Shown: positions 14,173 to 26,372, counted from the first letter of the whole stretch. The stretch: 63,901 bases of DNA, filler included, from Octopus bimaculoides (GCF_001194135.2; 8 parts of 8 records of this genome joined end to end with filler, not necessarily neighbours in it); one strand, 5' to 3'. Notes: generated by a model not told the origin, from the letters alone. Translations and numbers: made by a program.

Positions 14173-14532
14173 GCAATCAACTGAGCTATCAGACTCTTTG
14201 AATTAGCACCCTAAGTGGCTGAGTATTCTGAAGACATTTAACGTAATACCCTAGTCTATTCAGTACAAAAACTACGATCAACTCAATGGGATTCTATACA
14301 GTTTCCGTCGTCTCAAATTCACTCACAAAGTATGAGTTATTCTGGTGTTATAGAAAATAACACTTTCCAAAGATGCCATGCAACAAGATCGAAACCGAAA
14401 CCTTATGATTGCGAAAAACACCTCTTCGGCCATTTATCGCTTACAATGTGAACTTATGTCAACAAAAATTTCTTCGGTTATTGTAATATCACAATCTCCA
14501 AACAAATACTTGTTTTAAAAAAATCCTTTCAC

Positions 14533-14987
14533 ATCTTTTACATATTTCAGTCATTAGCCTCTGGCCATGTTGGGGCACCACCTTAACAGGTTTTTTTTAA
14601 TCGAACAACTCGCCCTCAGTATTTTGACGTTTTTAATTCTGGTGTTTATTTTATCGGTGTTTTTGGCTAAACCGCTCGGTTATGAGGACTTAAGCAAACC
14701 AACATAGGTTGTCAAGTGGTGGATGGGTAGGGGGGGTCAATCTTAAACACAGCAACATACATATATACAAGTACACACTCATACAAGCACACACTCATAC
14801 AAGCACACACACATATATACTCGACGGGCTTCCACACAGTTTCTATCTACCAGATTCACCCACAAGACATTGGTTGGTTCGGGGTTCGAGTAGAAGACAC
14901 TTGCCCAAGGTATTGTACAGTGGGACTGAACCCGAAACCACGTGGTTGCAAAGCGAGCTTATGGAGCACATAGCTATTCCTGCACCT
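14533..14987 (-). mobile_element. SINE family C, diverged full length
   Basis: Reverse-complement match, with an internal (CA)/(TA) tract. Confidence 0.85.
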
Positions 14988-15039
14988 ATATCTCTAAAAA
15001 TCGATAATCCTTTGCCACAAGTTCTCTTTTATTTTTTCC

Positions 15040-15460
15040 CCCAAATTTCTGCACAGCGTTATTAGGGTTTGAGGGGAGGGGAAAATCGAATATATCGATT
15101 CCAGTACTTGACAGATACTTTATATTATCGACTCTGAAAGGATGAAGGGCAAAGTGGACCTCAGAAGAGTTTGACAGACGAAATGCCGCTAAGCATTTTG
15201 GGTTTGCTGACAACTCTGCCCCAGCGCACTGCCTTATTCTATTGAAAATAATTCTTTCTGCTATAGGCACAAGGCCAGAAATTCAGGAGACGAGAACAGT
15301 CGTTTACATCGACCCCAATGTTTCATTGGTACATTATTTATCGAGCCCGAAAGGATGAAAGGCAAAATCGACCTCGGCGGAATTTGAACTCAGAACGTAA
15401 AGTCGAACGAAATTGCGCTAAACATTTCGTTAATGGTTTTTGCCAGCTCGCTGCCTTCAT
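15040..15460 (-). mobile_element. Two tandem minus-strand SINE family A copies
   Basis: Two successive occurrences of ttatcga..cgaaaggatgaa.ggcaaa.tcgacctc.gc (~15125 and ~15340). Confidence 0.8.
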
Positions 15461-15576
15461 TTTGTTGAAACTAATACTAAGTCTTTTTCTTAATTATTAA
15501 AAAAAACTTTTATTTATTTATCTATTCATTCATTCAGCCCAAACACATTTATATCACGAATATTTTCCGTATATTA

Positions 15577-15765
15577 GGGCGGCGGGCTGGTAGAATCGTT
15601 TGCATTCCAGGCAAGATGCTTAGCGCCATTTCGTCCGTCTTTACGATCTGAGTTCAAATTCCGCCGAGGTTGACTTTGCCTTTCATCCTTTCGGGGTCGA
15701 TCAAATAAGTCTCAGTTGGCGCCTCTCCCAAAACTGCTGGTATTGTGCCAAAATCTGAAACCAAT
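15577..15765 (+). mobile_element. SINE family A
   Basis: gggcggcgggctggtagaatcg...gactttgcctttcatcctttcggggtcga. Confidence 0.85.
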
Positions 15766-16516
15766 ACTGTCTGTGTATTTCTCTGCCGCATTGTAAGCCT
15801 GAATACACGGAAAACAAAATGGAAGTTCATCAGTTATCAGAAAGTCAGAATGATCTTACTAATTGTTTCTATTTGAATCACAGGGGCTGCACCTTTGAGG
15901 ATAGGGTTTAGTTAATTATATTGACTCCTAGTGATCGACTTCGAAAGAAAAGCTTGTTCTTGGCCAATATAATAATTTTTTCCAAGTTTAGCACCAGGCC
16001 AGCAAGTCGATTACATCGATCCCGGTTTTGTCTGATACTTATTTTATCGACCCCCAAAAAAGGGTCAAAGCACGTGGCCTAGTGGTAAGGATGTGGCGCT
16101 CAAGATCGGAAGGTCTTCGTTTCGATTCCATGACTGGCTACTGCGTTGTGTTCTTGAGCAAAACACTTCACTTTACGTTGCCCCAGTCCACTCGGCTGTA
16201 AATGCGACCGACCGCCGACTCATTCAGGGACAGTGTTATTTTCTTGGTCAGGGAGTGTTATTTTCCATACTCCATGGAAACCGAATAATCACCACTTCGT
16301 GTCCTATCATTTGAAACATACGATAGTAATGTTGCTGCCACCGCTGCTAATGATGATGATGATGATGAACGAATGACAGGTAAGGTTGACCTCAGAGGAA
16401 TTCGAACGTACTGAACAGGAAGTATTTTACGATGTTCTATCAGTTCTGTCAGTTCGCCACCTTCTCGGTGAATATATTACATTATATAACTATATATGGT
16501 ATGGTATGGTATAATA

Positions 16517-16735
16517 AGGTGGTGAGCTGGCAGAATCGGTAGTACGCCGGATAAAATGCTTAGCGCTGTTTCGTCCGTCTTCTGAGTTCAAATTCTGGCA
16601 CGGTCAACTTCGCCTTTCATCCTTTCGGGGGTCGATAAAACAAGTACCAGTTGAGCACTGGTGGGGGGGCGATGTAATTGACTTACTCCCTCCACCGAAC
16701 TTCATGACCTTGTACCAAAATTTGAAACCAATATT
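16517..16735 (+). mobile_element. SINE family A
   Basis: ggtggtgagctggcagaatcgg...gcctttcatcctttcgggggtcgataaaacaagtaccag...ccaaaatttgaaacc. Confidence 0.88.
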
Positions 16736-16797
16736 ATATTATTTTAATATAATACAATATAATCTGATATAATATAATATAACGTAATATAATAGTG

Positions 16798-17050
16798 GAG
16801 GCGCGATGCTCAGTGGTTAAGGTGTTGGACTCATAATCGTAAGATTGTGATTTCGATTCCTGGACGGGATGACGCATTGTATTCTTGAGCACTTCATTTC
16901 ACGGTTTTCCAGTCCACTCAGCTGACAAAGAATCAGTAATCCTGCGACGGACCGGCGTCCCAACCAGTTAGGGAATATATATGCCATTGAAACCGGGAAA
17001 CCAGCCCTCATGAGCCTGGCATGGATCGAGAAGGAAACGTTTATTTTTAT
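16798..17050 (+). mobile_element. tRNA/CORE-like SINE (a related 5' part lies at 16073-16230)
   Basis: ggcgcgatgctcagtggttaaggtgttggactc...tttcgattcc...ttgagcacttcatttcacg..tccagtccactcagctg. The central segment resembles the CORE domain. Confidence 0.75.
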
Positions 17051-17559
17051 TTTTAATATATGTGTAATGATATATAATGAGAAAAAAAAATGAATGAGTT
17101 TTAGTAATTAGATGACCATCACTCCATTAAATTTCAATGAGAAAATGGGGATAGAACACTTATGAAAATACTGGGTTTCTGTGTGTATGAATGTGTGTCT
17201 GTCTACTGTTTGCGTGTGCACAGTAGGAAATTTATATAATAAAAATGAAGCGTTATGCAAATGAGTTTTCCGGAGTGTAGTTAAAGCAAAAACGAGAAGA
17301 GAGAAAGAGAGTGACAGGCAAGAGATGTAAAGAAAGAGAGGGAAAGAGAGAGAGGGGGGGAGAGAGAAAGAGAGAAACAGAAACACAGACAAACAGACAT
17401 ATGAGTAAAGATCTTAAAAGCCCTGTTGGTACATACAATAAGAGTAGAAGATAAAAGCAAGAGAGATTAGAAAGTTCACTCGTTATCGCGACTCTTCTGC
17501 CAAAGAATCTTCGGGACATACGATAAGAGTTCTACAAGAAAATAAAAGCTGAAGCGGAA

Positions 17560-17810
17560 GCCATTTTAAATCAGCTGAGCAAACGAAATGACTTCTGATA
17601 AAGATACAAGAGAAATTTCTTATTAAACTGATATATAAACTTACTTAAACCATATCTATTGACTAAATGCAAATGGCTTACCATAAGCCAGTGCTATCTT
17701 TTCAGAGACAGAGTACCTCTCATCCATTCCATCAGAAACTAACTGGTGCAATATCGATTTTCTCAAACCTTTGATTTTAACGCCATTCCAGATTATTGAT
17801 TTTTCCCGAA
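17560..17810 (+). mobile_element. Possible further PLE RT relic
   Basis: Frameshifted fragments RDRVPL(HP) and IFLKPLILTPFQIIDFS loosely resemble PLE RT HKxxVPLRPI...LLKPL..xxY.IKDS. Confidence 0.25.
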
Positions 17811-17984
17811 CCTGGTACGGTCACCTTGGTCATAACACACTCGACTAAATGAATATTAAATTTAATTAATTAATTAAATGAAATATAGGTACCCGTACAT
17901 TAGTATAAAATAGTGCGGATTATAAGAGATTCCGAATCATCGATGTCCGGGAATCGGTATTCTACTTGTTCTTAAGTCTGTCTT

Positions 17985-18176
17985 TTACATTTTCTCTTTT
18001 ACTGCCTTGAAGAATTTTGGTCGGACGAATTGGCCCCAGTACTTATTTTTTTTAAACCTACTACTTATTCTATAGTTCTCTTTTGCTGAACCGCTAGGTT
18101 ACGGGGACTAAGCACGTAAACAAACCAACACCGGCTGTCAAGCGGTGGAGCTAGACAAGTACACACACAATCACAG

Positions 18177-18208
<32 letters not shown>

Positions 18209-18345
18209 GGTGTGTTTGTGTATGTATACTCGACGGGTTTTTTTCAGTTTCCGTCTACCAAACCCATTCACAAGGCTTTAGTCGGCCCGACGCTATAGTA
18301 GAAGACACTTACTCAAGGTGCCATGCAGTGGGACTGAACCCGGAA
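17985..18345 (-). mobile_element. SINE family C
   Basis: Reverse-complement match, with an internal (CA)n tract. Confidence 0.85.
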
Positions 18346-19270
18346 CAATTAAGAGTAAAGCAAAAGAAACGCGGTTCAAATTCCTTTAGAAAGTTAATGT
18401 GTTTCACTTTTCTGACTCCAATTCGTTCGTACCCTATGTTGTTCTTCAGACATTTGCCGATACAAAACTTGGACACATTTCTGTTGTATCCAGTTTAACA
18501 AAACGGAAAGTATGTGGAACCACGACATGCATGTGTGTGTGTGTGAGAATGAGTGTGTGTGAGTGTGTGTATGAGTATGTGTGTGTGAGAATGAGTGTGT
18601 GTGTGTGNNNNNNNNNNNNNNNNNNNNNNNNNNNNNNNNNNNNNNNNNNNNNNNNNNNNNNNNNNNNNNNNNNNNNNNNNNNNNNNNNNNNNNNNNNNNN
18701 NNNNNNNNNNNNNNNNNNNNNNNNNNNNNNNNNNNNNNNNNNNNNNNNNNNNNNNNNNNNNNNNNNNNNNNNNNNNNNNNNNNNNNNNNNNNNNNNNNNN
18801 NNNNNNNNNNNNNNNNNNNNNNNNNNNNNNNNNNNNNNNNNNNNNNNNNNNNNNNNNNNNNNNNNNNNNNNNNNNNNNNNNNNNNNNNNNNNNNNNNNNN
18901 NNNNNNNNNNNNNNNNNNNNNNNNNNNNNNNNNNNNNNNNNNNNNNNNNNNNNNNNNNNNNNNNNNNNNNNNNNNNNNNNNNNNNNNNNNNNNNNNNNNN
19001 NNNNNNNNNNNNNNNNNNNNNNNNNNNNNNNNNNNNNNNNNNNNNNNNNNNNNNNNNNNNNNNNNNNNNNNNNNNNNNNNNNNNNNNNNNNNNNNNNNNN
19101 NNNNNNNNNNNNNNNNNNNNNNNNNNNNNNNNNNNNNNNNNNNNNNNNNNNNNNNNNNNNNNNNNNNNNNNNNNNNNNNNNNNNNNNNNNNNNNNNNNNN
19201 NNNNNNNNNNNNNNNNNNNNNNNNNNNNNNNNNNNNNNNNNNNNNATATATATACATATATATACATATA

Positions 19271-19435
19271 TACGATGGGCTTCTTTCAGTTTCCGTCTAC
19301 CAAATCCATTCACAAGCTTTGGTCGGCCCGAGGCTATAGTAGAAGACGTTTGCCCAAGGTGCCACGCAATGGAACTGAACCCGGGACCATGTGATTCATA
19401 AGCAAGCTACTTACCACACAGCCACTCCTACGCCT
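19271..19435 (-). mobile_element. SINE family C, 5' half
   Basis: tacgatgggcttctttcagtttccgtctacc...accacacagccactcctacgcc. Confidence 0.88.
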
Positions 19436-19559
19436 ATGTATTGTATAAGAAAATTTGTATAAGAAAATTGTATAAGAAAATTTTTAAAGCATTTTATGAA
19501 TTGTAGAAATATAATAAATTTATTGCAGATAAATTTTAACAACACAATCTTATATGAAA

Positions 19560-19665
19560 CGCCAAGGACCATATGGATCCGATTTTGAACCACTAGACTA
19601 AGCTCTTCAAGGTTGTGCCGCAGCATCGCCGCATTCCTATGACCGAGACCAGTAAAAGATAAAAG
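19560..19665 (+). mobile_element. SINE family C 3' fragment
   Basis: ...gactgagaccagtaaaagataaaaga-type tail. Confidence 0.55.
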
Positions 19666-19909
19666 ATACTAAGCCCCAATATTTTATTCATTCTTCCGTA
19701 TCGAACTCACAGGACAGAAACTGACGGCAGTGTAACCATTCACCCCGCTTCTTTCTCTCAGTACTTTTATTCTATAGCAAATGAATAAAAAAAAAATACA
19801 AATTCTCTGAGAACAAAGGCTAAATTCAACATGACCAGAATAGCAAACTAACCGGAAGTATACAAAAGCAACATGATCAGAATAGCAAGCAAACCGGAAG
19901 TGTACACGA

Positions 19910-20351
19910 ACTCGTAAACATGTGAATTAAAATGCGATATTCGCTTTGTGAAACCGAAACAATTAAACGGTTGAAAATGTTTATTAATACTTCATAAAAT
20001 AAAGTTAGATGGTATGCAGTGAGATTTGTGGGGTTTTATACAAGGCCCTTCTTTTCGTTTTTTTTTTCTTTCTTTTGTTTACAATAGGATTATATAGGGA
20101 ATGGTACGGTCGTAACCTGAGAATGTTTGTACTCGTAAACACGTGAATTAAAATGCGATATTCGCTTTGTGAAACCGAAACAATTAAACGGTTGAAAATG
20201 TTTATTAATACTTCATAAAATAAAGTTAGATGGTATGCAGTGAGATTTGTGGGGTTTTATACAAGGCCCTTCTTTTGGGGGTTTTTTTTTCGTTTTTTTT
20301 TACAATAGGATTATATAGGGAATGGTACGGTCGTAACCTGAGAATGTTTGT
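19910..20351 (+). repeat. Direct tandem duplication of a 221-bp unit
   Basis: actcgtaaaca.gtgaattaaaatgcg...acctgagaatgtttgt occurs at 19910-20130 and 20131-20351, nearly identical. Confidence 0.97.
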
Positions 20352-20412
20352 GTTTGACACACACCACGCCGAGTTTCAATCCCGATGAGGTTACGTTTCT
20401 ATCCTTTCTGAT

Positions 20413-20720
20413 GGAGGAGCGTGGAATAGTGGTTCGGGTAATTCGGCTCACGATCGCAAAGTTCTGAGTTCGTTTCCCGCCCGTTCGTTATATCCTTAAG
20501 CAATACATTTTATCTCACTTTACTTCAGTCCACTCAGCTGGCACAAATAATTAATACCTGTGATTCAAAGAACCAGCCTTGTCCCATTCTGTGTCATGCT
20601 GAATCTCGCTGGGAATTAAATGAAGTGTACGCGAGTATAAAGACTGCCCAGCCACTTGCACATTAATTTCACGAGCATGCTGTTCCGGTAATTGGATCAA
20701 CTGGATCCCTCGTCGCCGTT
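20413..20720 (+). mobile_element. tRNA/CORE-like SINE sharing the family B 3' half
   Basis: tRNA-like head; cagtccactcagctgg core; ccagccttgtc...ttaatttcacgagcatgctgttcc...ccctcgtcg tail. Confidence 0.8.
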
Positions 20721-21148
20721 GATTACAATGTGTTTCTAATTCTTTTTTAATTAGGTCTTTCTTACCCATCCTATACTGAATCATTTAATTACATCGTCTA
20801 CCCATCATCATGGACGCATTCAGAATGGCCTTTTCTGATCCATTGGATACCATGCGGTGACTGCATTGATCCACTTGTTTTCCGTGACCCTTGCGACATC
20901 TACGTCCCGGCAGAACTTGTGTTTTCGGCATTCCAAGACCAGGTCGTTCACTTCGCTCCATTTTTCGAATTACCTCATTTCGGATATGCTCTTGCAATGC
21001 TATTTATCGCCAGCAGCTTTCTATAGCCCTTTGCGTTGTAACTAATCGATGTTCTTCTCGCTTCGTTGCAGTCCACGTTTCATTTGCGAATTAGGAATCA
21101 GCTATGCATACGTACGTTCATAATACATACATACATACATACAAATGA

Positions 21149-21188
<40 letters not shown>

Positions 21189-21235
21189 GCGTGCGTGCGC
21201 GGGTGCGTGAGTGCGTGTGTATATAATGATAAAAA

Positions 21236-21385
21236 CATATATACTGGCAGGGATGTAAGTCCGAAATCTGCCGAAGTCGAGCCAGTCGATGCTGATGAGG
21301 CAACCGAAATTGCCGAAACTGACGTCAGTATAAGGAATTCTCGATCGATGTTTTCGGACGATTATAGTCAATGTTAGTATATATG
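21236..21385 (+). ncRNA. Type I hammerhead ribozyme with long extended stem I
   Basis: CTGATGA (21292-21298); stem II ggcaa/ttgcc with loop ccgaaa; GAAA (21315-21318); perfect 12-nt palindromic stem III ACTGACGTCAGT (21318-21329); GUA cleavage triplet ending at 21330. Distal stem I pairings: gtcgag/ctcgat, gtccgaaa/tttcggac, catatatactggca/tgttagtatatatg. Confidence 0.8.
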
Positions 21386-22934
21386 CGTACAATTCTGTGT
21401 TTTTGACTACAGTATTAGAGCATTTTAGCTCTTCAAGCAATGTAGGTGTTTCTAAGACCCTAGTCATATTTAGTGACAATTATAGTTTTACTTTTAGGTA
21501 AAACATTTCACACTGCTGTCTATACTAATTTTCTATATATACATACATCTGTGTGTTTGTGTACGTGTGTGTGTGTGTGGGGGGGGAATATTGAAATGTT
21601 CTGAACGCAATTACGAAGAGTTAACCTCTTCATTTCAAGATACGGACTTGACATTTATTTATTTATTGTTTGCACTGATACATCCAATCAATTTCTTTCA
21701 TTTTCTTCTTTTTTTTTTTTTAATCTGTAAGAGATCTTTTTCATTATTTTACATTTTACGTTTTTTTCTAAATTAATTCTTGGATTAATAAGATTGCGGC
21801 AGAACGCAGAAAAATCTTGGTCGCAAATAGATTGCGTTTTGATTTCTTTTATGCACACTGGGTTTCACCCTCGAGATATTTCTTAACCAAAGAAGGAAAA
21901 CACTAAGGAGAAATCAAAATTTTAAAAAACGGTGTTACTTTCGTGAGCTTATGCATTCGTGTGAGTAATGCATTTTGAGTGCGGAAAAAGTAAGTTTAAT
22001 TAGTTATTAGTGCTACTGCGGTAGCNNNNNNNNNNNNNNNNNNNNNNNNNNNNNNNNNNNNNNNNNNNNNNNNNNNNNNNNNNNNNNNNNNNNNNNNNNN
22101 NNNNNNNNNNNNNNNNNNNNNNNNNNNNNNNNNNNNNNNNNNNNNNNNNNNNNNNNNNNNNNNNNNNNNNNNNNNNNNNNNNNNNNNNNNNNNNNNNNNN
22201 NNNNNNNNNNNNNNNNNNNNNNNNNNNNNNNNNNNNNNNNNNNNNNNNNNNNNNNNNNNNNNNNNNNNNNNNNNNNNNNNNNNNNNNNNNNNNNNNNNNN
22301 NNNNNNNNNNNNNNNNNNNNNNNNNNNNNNNNNNNNNNNNNNNNNNNNNNNNNNNNNNNNNNNNNNNNNNNNNNNNNNNNNNNNNNNNNNNNNNNNNNNN
22401 NNNNNNNNNNNNNNNNNNNNNNNNNNNNNNNNNNNNNNNNNNNNNNNNNNNNNNNNNNNNNNNNNNNNNNNNNNNNNNNNNNNNNNNNNNNNATATATAT
22501 ATATATATGTATGCATGTATGTATGTATGTATGTATGTATATATATTAAAATTAATCGAAGGACATACCAAGTATGTCTACCTGCTTGAAATAACAGTCA
22601 GAAACTCGTTATTAAATCGCAAAAAATACACTGGTGATAAGTACAGAAATCAAACGAAGGCAAATTCGGTTAAGACAATCTACTTACATGCATTTAAGTA
22701 TTTGGATTCACGTCGACTTGTTTCTGCACTGGCAAAATAAGCTTTAGCTTCTTCAGCACGTTTATTTCAAGATTTCTTGCCAATAGAGAAAGAACCGGTT
22801 TCTAACCTAGATCCAAGGCTCCTTCATTGGAATTTCAACATCAACAACATGGTATTTTTGTTTGTTTGTATGTATGTATGCATGTATGTATGTATGTATG
22901 TATGCGTGTGTGTGTATGTATGTATGTCTCTCTG

Positions 22935-22973
<39 letters not shown>

Positions 22974-23411
22974 CCCTTATGAGGTTTTTTCACGCTAAGT
23001 ACTTGCTAAATGTCATTGATCAGCTAAATCAGAGATTCTGAACAATTTGTTTTTTACCTATGGACTCATCTGATTACTATTTTATTCTGGGGGACTACCA
23101 TTGCCTTTCGACATTTAAAAGCTAGTTGAGGTCCTTTTGGTAAATACAAATCAGACAGCATAGCTTTACACACCCTCTCTTTTCTTACTAAGTTCTGCAC
23201 CCTTTTTACTTTCGCTGTCTGCTTGTCTGTTTGTATTTACCATAAGGACCTATTTTATTTTTCACTCATTCACTTGTGTTGTTTTGCAACAGCAAGCTCT
23301 TAGCGAACATGTTTCAGTGGCTGGAATGTGTTGAACAATAACTGTTTCTTACTATAAACACAGCTAAAATGAAAATTTTTCATTGAAATACTACTGTGTA
23401 TCCATTAATTT

Positions 23412-23726
23412 GGCGCAATGGCCCAGTGGTTAGAGCAGCGGATTCGCGGTCATAGGATCACGGTTTCGATTCCCAGACCGGGCGTTGTGAGTGTTTATTG
23501 AGCGAAAAACACCTAAAGTTCCACGAGGCTCCGGCAGGGGATGGTGGCGAACCCTGCTGTACTCTTTCACCACAATTTTCTCTCACTCTTACTTCCTGTT
23601 TCTGTTGTGCCTGTAATTCAAAGGGTCAGCCTTGTCACACTGTGTCACGCTGAATATCCCCGAGAACTACATTAAGGGCATACGTGTCTGTGGAGTGCTC
23701 AGCCATTTGCACGTTAATTTCACGAG
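23412..23726 (+). mobile_element. tRNA-derived SINE family B (runs into gap)
   Basis: ggcgcaatggcccagtggttag (A box)...ggtttcgattccc (B box)...cagccttgtcacactg...gcacgttaatttcacgag. Confidence 0.9.
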
Positions 23727-23826
23727 NNNNNNNNNNNNNNNNNNNNNNNNNNNNNNNNNNNNNNNNNNNNTTAATTAATTAANNNNNNNNNNNNNNNNNN
23801 NNNNNNNNNNNNNNNNNNNNNNNNNN

Positions 23827-23881
<55 letters not shown>

Positions 23882-24210
23882 CAGAGAGTAAAAAATATAT
23901 ATCTGTATGTAATGTTTGTCTCCACTTCAACATGGCTGTTCCGTACGAACCGGTGTTACTACCGTTTTTAACCCCAAGAAGACGATCCCACCAGTTGGTT
24001 ATCGATGCAGTCTGCACTCGGTACATATTTGCAATACATATCCGGTGGAGATTGCTTCGATAACCAGCTGAAGGAGGCGTCCTCTTGGGGTTATAATCGG
24101 TAGTAACGTCGGTTCGTACGGAGCAGCCATGTTGAAGTGGCAACAAACATTACTTCTTAGTATAGTTACTAGTTCTATCTCTATAAGAGATTTTCTAACA
24201 AGCTACTTTG

Positions 24211-24371
24211 CATAGGAGTGGGTGTGTGGTAAGAAGCTTGCTTCCCAATCACATGGTTCCCGGGTTCAGTCCCACTGCGTGGCACTTTGGGCAAGTGTCT
24301 TCTGCTATAGCGTCGGGCCGACCAGAACCTTGTGAGTGGATTTGCTAGACGGATACTGAAAGAAGCCCGTC

Positions 24372-24406
<35 letters not shown>

Positions 24407-24613
24407 GGTATTTGTGTGTCTGTGTTTGTCCCCTACCATCGCTTGACAACCGATGCTGGTGTGTTTACGTCCCCGTAACCTAACCATTCGGCAAAAGAGA
24501 CCGATAGAATAAGTACTAGGTTTCCAAAGAATAAGTCCTGGGGTCGATCTGTTCGCGTAAAGGTGGTGCTCCAAACATGGCTGCAGTCAAATGACTGAAA
24601 CAAGTAAAAGAGT
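24211..24613 (+). mobile_element. tRNA-derived SINE family C (bipartite, internal microsatellite), full length
   Basis: tRNA-like head with A box (..gtgtgtggtaag) and B box (gggttcagtccc); body ...gtagacggaaactgaaagaagcccgtcg-(TA)n-gtgtttgtccc...; tail gactgaaacaagtaaaagag. Confidence 0.92.
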
Positions 24614-24738
24614 ATATATATATTTTTCACTTACTGTCGACTGAAACCGCGCTTGCGCGGTGAATTTGAAGAATTATAATATATAATGATGAGGCACGTG
24701 TTATACCGTCTCTAAATTATATGCTAGTGTTTTGACGT

Positions 24739-24809
24739 AGCCACTGATGAGAACTCTGCCTAGCAAATTATATCATTTGCTATTTAGAGTTTGAAATCTT
24801 GGTATGGCT
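24739..24809 (+). ncRNA. Type I hammerhead ribozyme
   Basis: agcca-CTGATGA(24744-24750)-gaactct[gcc tagcaaat tatatc atttgcta ttt]agagttt-GAAA(24793-24796)-tcttgg-TA(24803-24804)-tggct. Stem I agcca/tggct is a perfect 5 bp. Stem II is 7 bp plus an inner 8-bp hairpin. An A-run follows. Confidence 0.85.
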
Positions 24810-25064
24810 GTAAAAAAAAAAGGTAAAAGTTTTTATTTTTTCATTCCCTTCAAAATTGCTCTTAAATGTGGTTTTGGTCGTTTTGACTGCTTCTTCTAGC
24901 GTGTAAGGCTGCCTGTTAAAAGCCACCTCTCTTGTGTTTAAATGTACGCTAATTTTATATATATGTATATAGGTAGATAGATCGATAGATATACACAGAT
25001 GCACGTGCACAAAGAAACACACAAAGAAGTATATAACCCTTTCCACTCTAGACACATACACTGA

Positions 25065-25245
25065 AATTTTGTGCCAGGAGGAAGTTGATTACATCGACCC
25101 CAGTGTTCAATTGGTACTTATTTTATCGATTCTGAAAGAACGAAAAACAAAGATGACCTCGGTATCTTCTGAACTCATGATATAAAGCCAGAAAGAATGC
25201 TGCTAGGCATTTTGTCCGGCGCGGTAACGATTCTATCAACTCATT
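25065..25245 (-). mobile_element. SINE family A
   Basis: gattacatcgaccccagtgttcaattggtacttattttatcga...gcattttgtccggcgcggtaacgattc. Confidence 0.8.
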
Positions 25246-25984
25246 GCCTGAAATGTAAGGTATATAATAACTTATATTAACATTTATGTGATGCTTATAT
25301 ATACATGTATACATATATAGGAGGAGTCAAAATTCCCGAAGTATAAAAATGCAGTTGGTGAAACTACTAGAAACCATTAAATTTGCTCACAGAACGCAGT
25401 CAGTCTTCATGATTTTCGACTCATCCCATAAGCACTTAATGTATATGTACATGTAAACAAATATACTTATTTACATATACAATCTGCAAGTGGAACACTA
25501 AAAATATGCAAGACGTCTCTCAAGTTTAGGTGGAAGATTGTTTTGTTATTTATATTCCAACGACGAAACTTTGTAACTTTGTTAGAAACCATCTCCTTCC
25601 TCAGAGGAAGAATTTAAATAAAACAGAAGAGAACATACATATATACGTATATGGACACATACAAACACACGCACACACATCCATATATAATTTCTGATGT
25701 TAAAATCTATTGAGCACAATATATAGGCACTTAGTTAACTACATAAAACTGTATATGCCGAAACGCAAAAGTTTCAACTCTCGACGTACATGCGTTTCTG
25801 ATAGAGAAACTAATGACAAAATCATATTTGCTAGCAGACATACCTGCAGAATGTTTCATACATCAATGCTAGAAGATAATATATATCATTCTATCTTTAT
25901 AGTGTTCTTTATAAATTCTTAAAATTAGAGTGTTTCATGTTGCTGCAAGAATCTAAAAGAAAAAAAGACTTTTATAGACATAAA

Positions 25985-26372
25985 GGCGCAGGAGTGGCTG
26001 TGTGGTAAGTAGCTTGCTTACCAACCACATGGTTCCAGGTTCATTCCCACTGCGTGGCACCTTGGGCAAGTGTCTTCTACTATAGCCTCGGGCCGACCAA
26101 AGCCTTGTGAGTGGATTTGGTAGACGGAAACTGTATGTGTATGTATGCGTGTGTATATGTTTGTGTGTCTGTGTTTGCCCCTCAACATCGCTTGACAACC
26201 GATGCTGGTGTGTTTACGTCCCCGTAACTTAGCGGTTCGGCAAAAGAAACCGATAGAATAAGTACTAGGCTTCCAAAGAATAAGTCCTGGGGTCGATTTA
26301 CTCTCGACTAAAGGTGGTGCTCCAGTATGGCTGCAGTCAATTGACTGAAACAAGTAAAAGAATAAAAGAGAG
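25985..26372 (+). mobile_element. SINE family C, full length
   Basis: Collinear with 24211-24613; starts ggcgcaggagtggctgtgtggtaag. Confidence 0.92.

Noticed and set aside
23412-26060. tRNA-like sequences at the starts of repeats (A and B boxes)
   Set aside because: They are SINE heads continuing into family-specific bodies, and no complete cloverleaf is present. Not called as tRNA genes.
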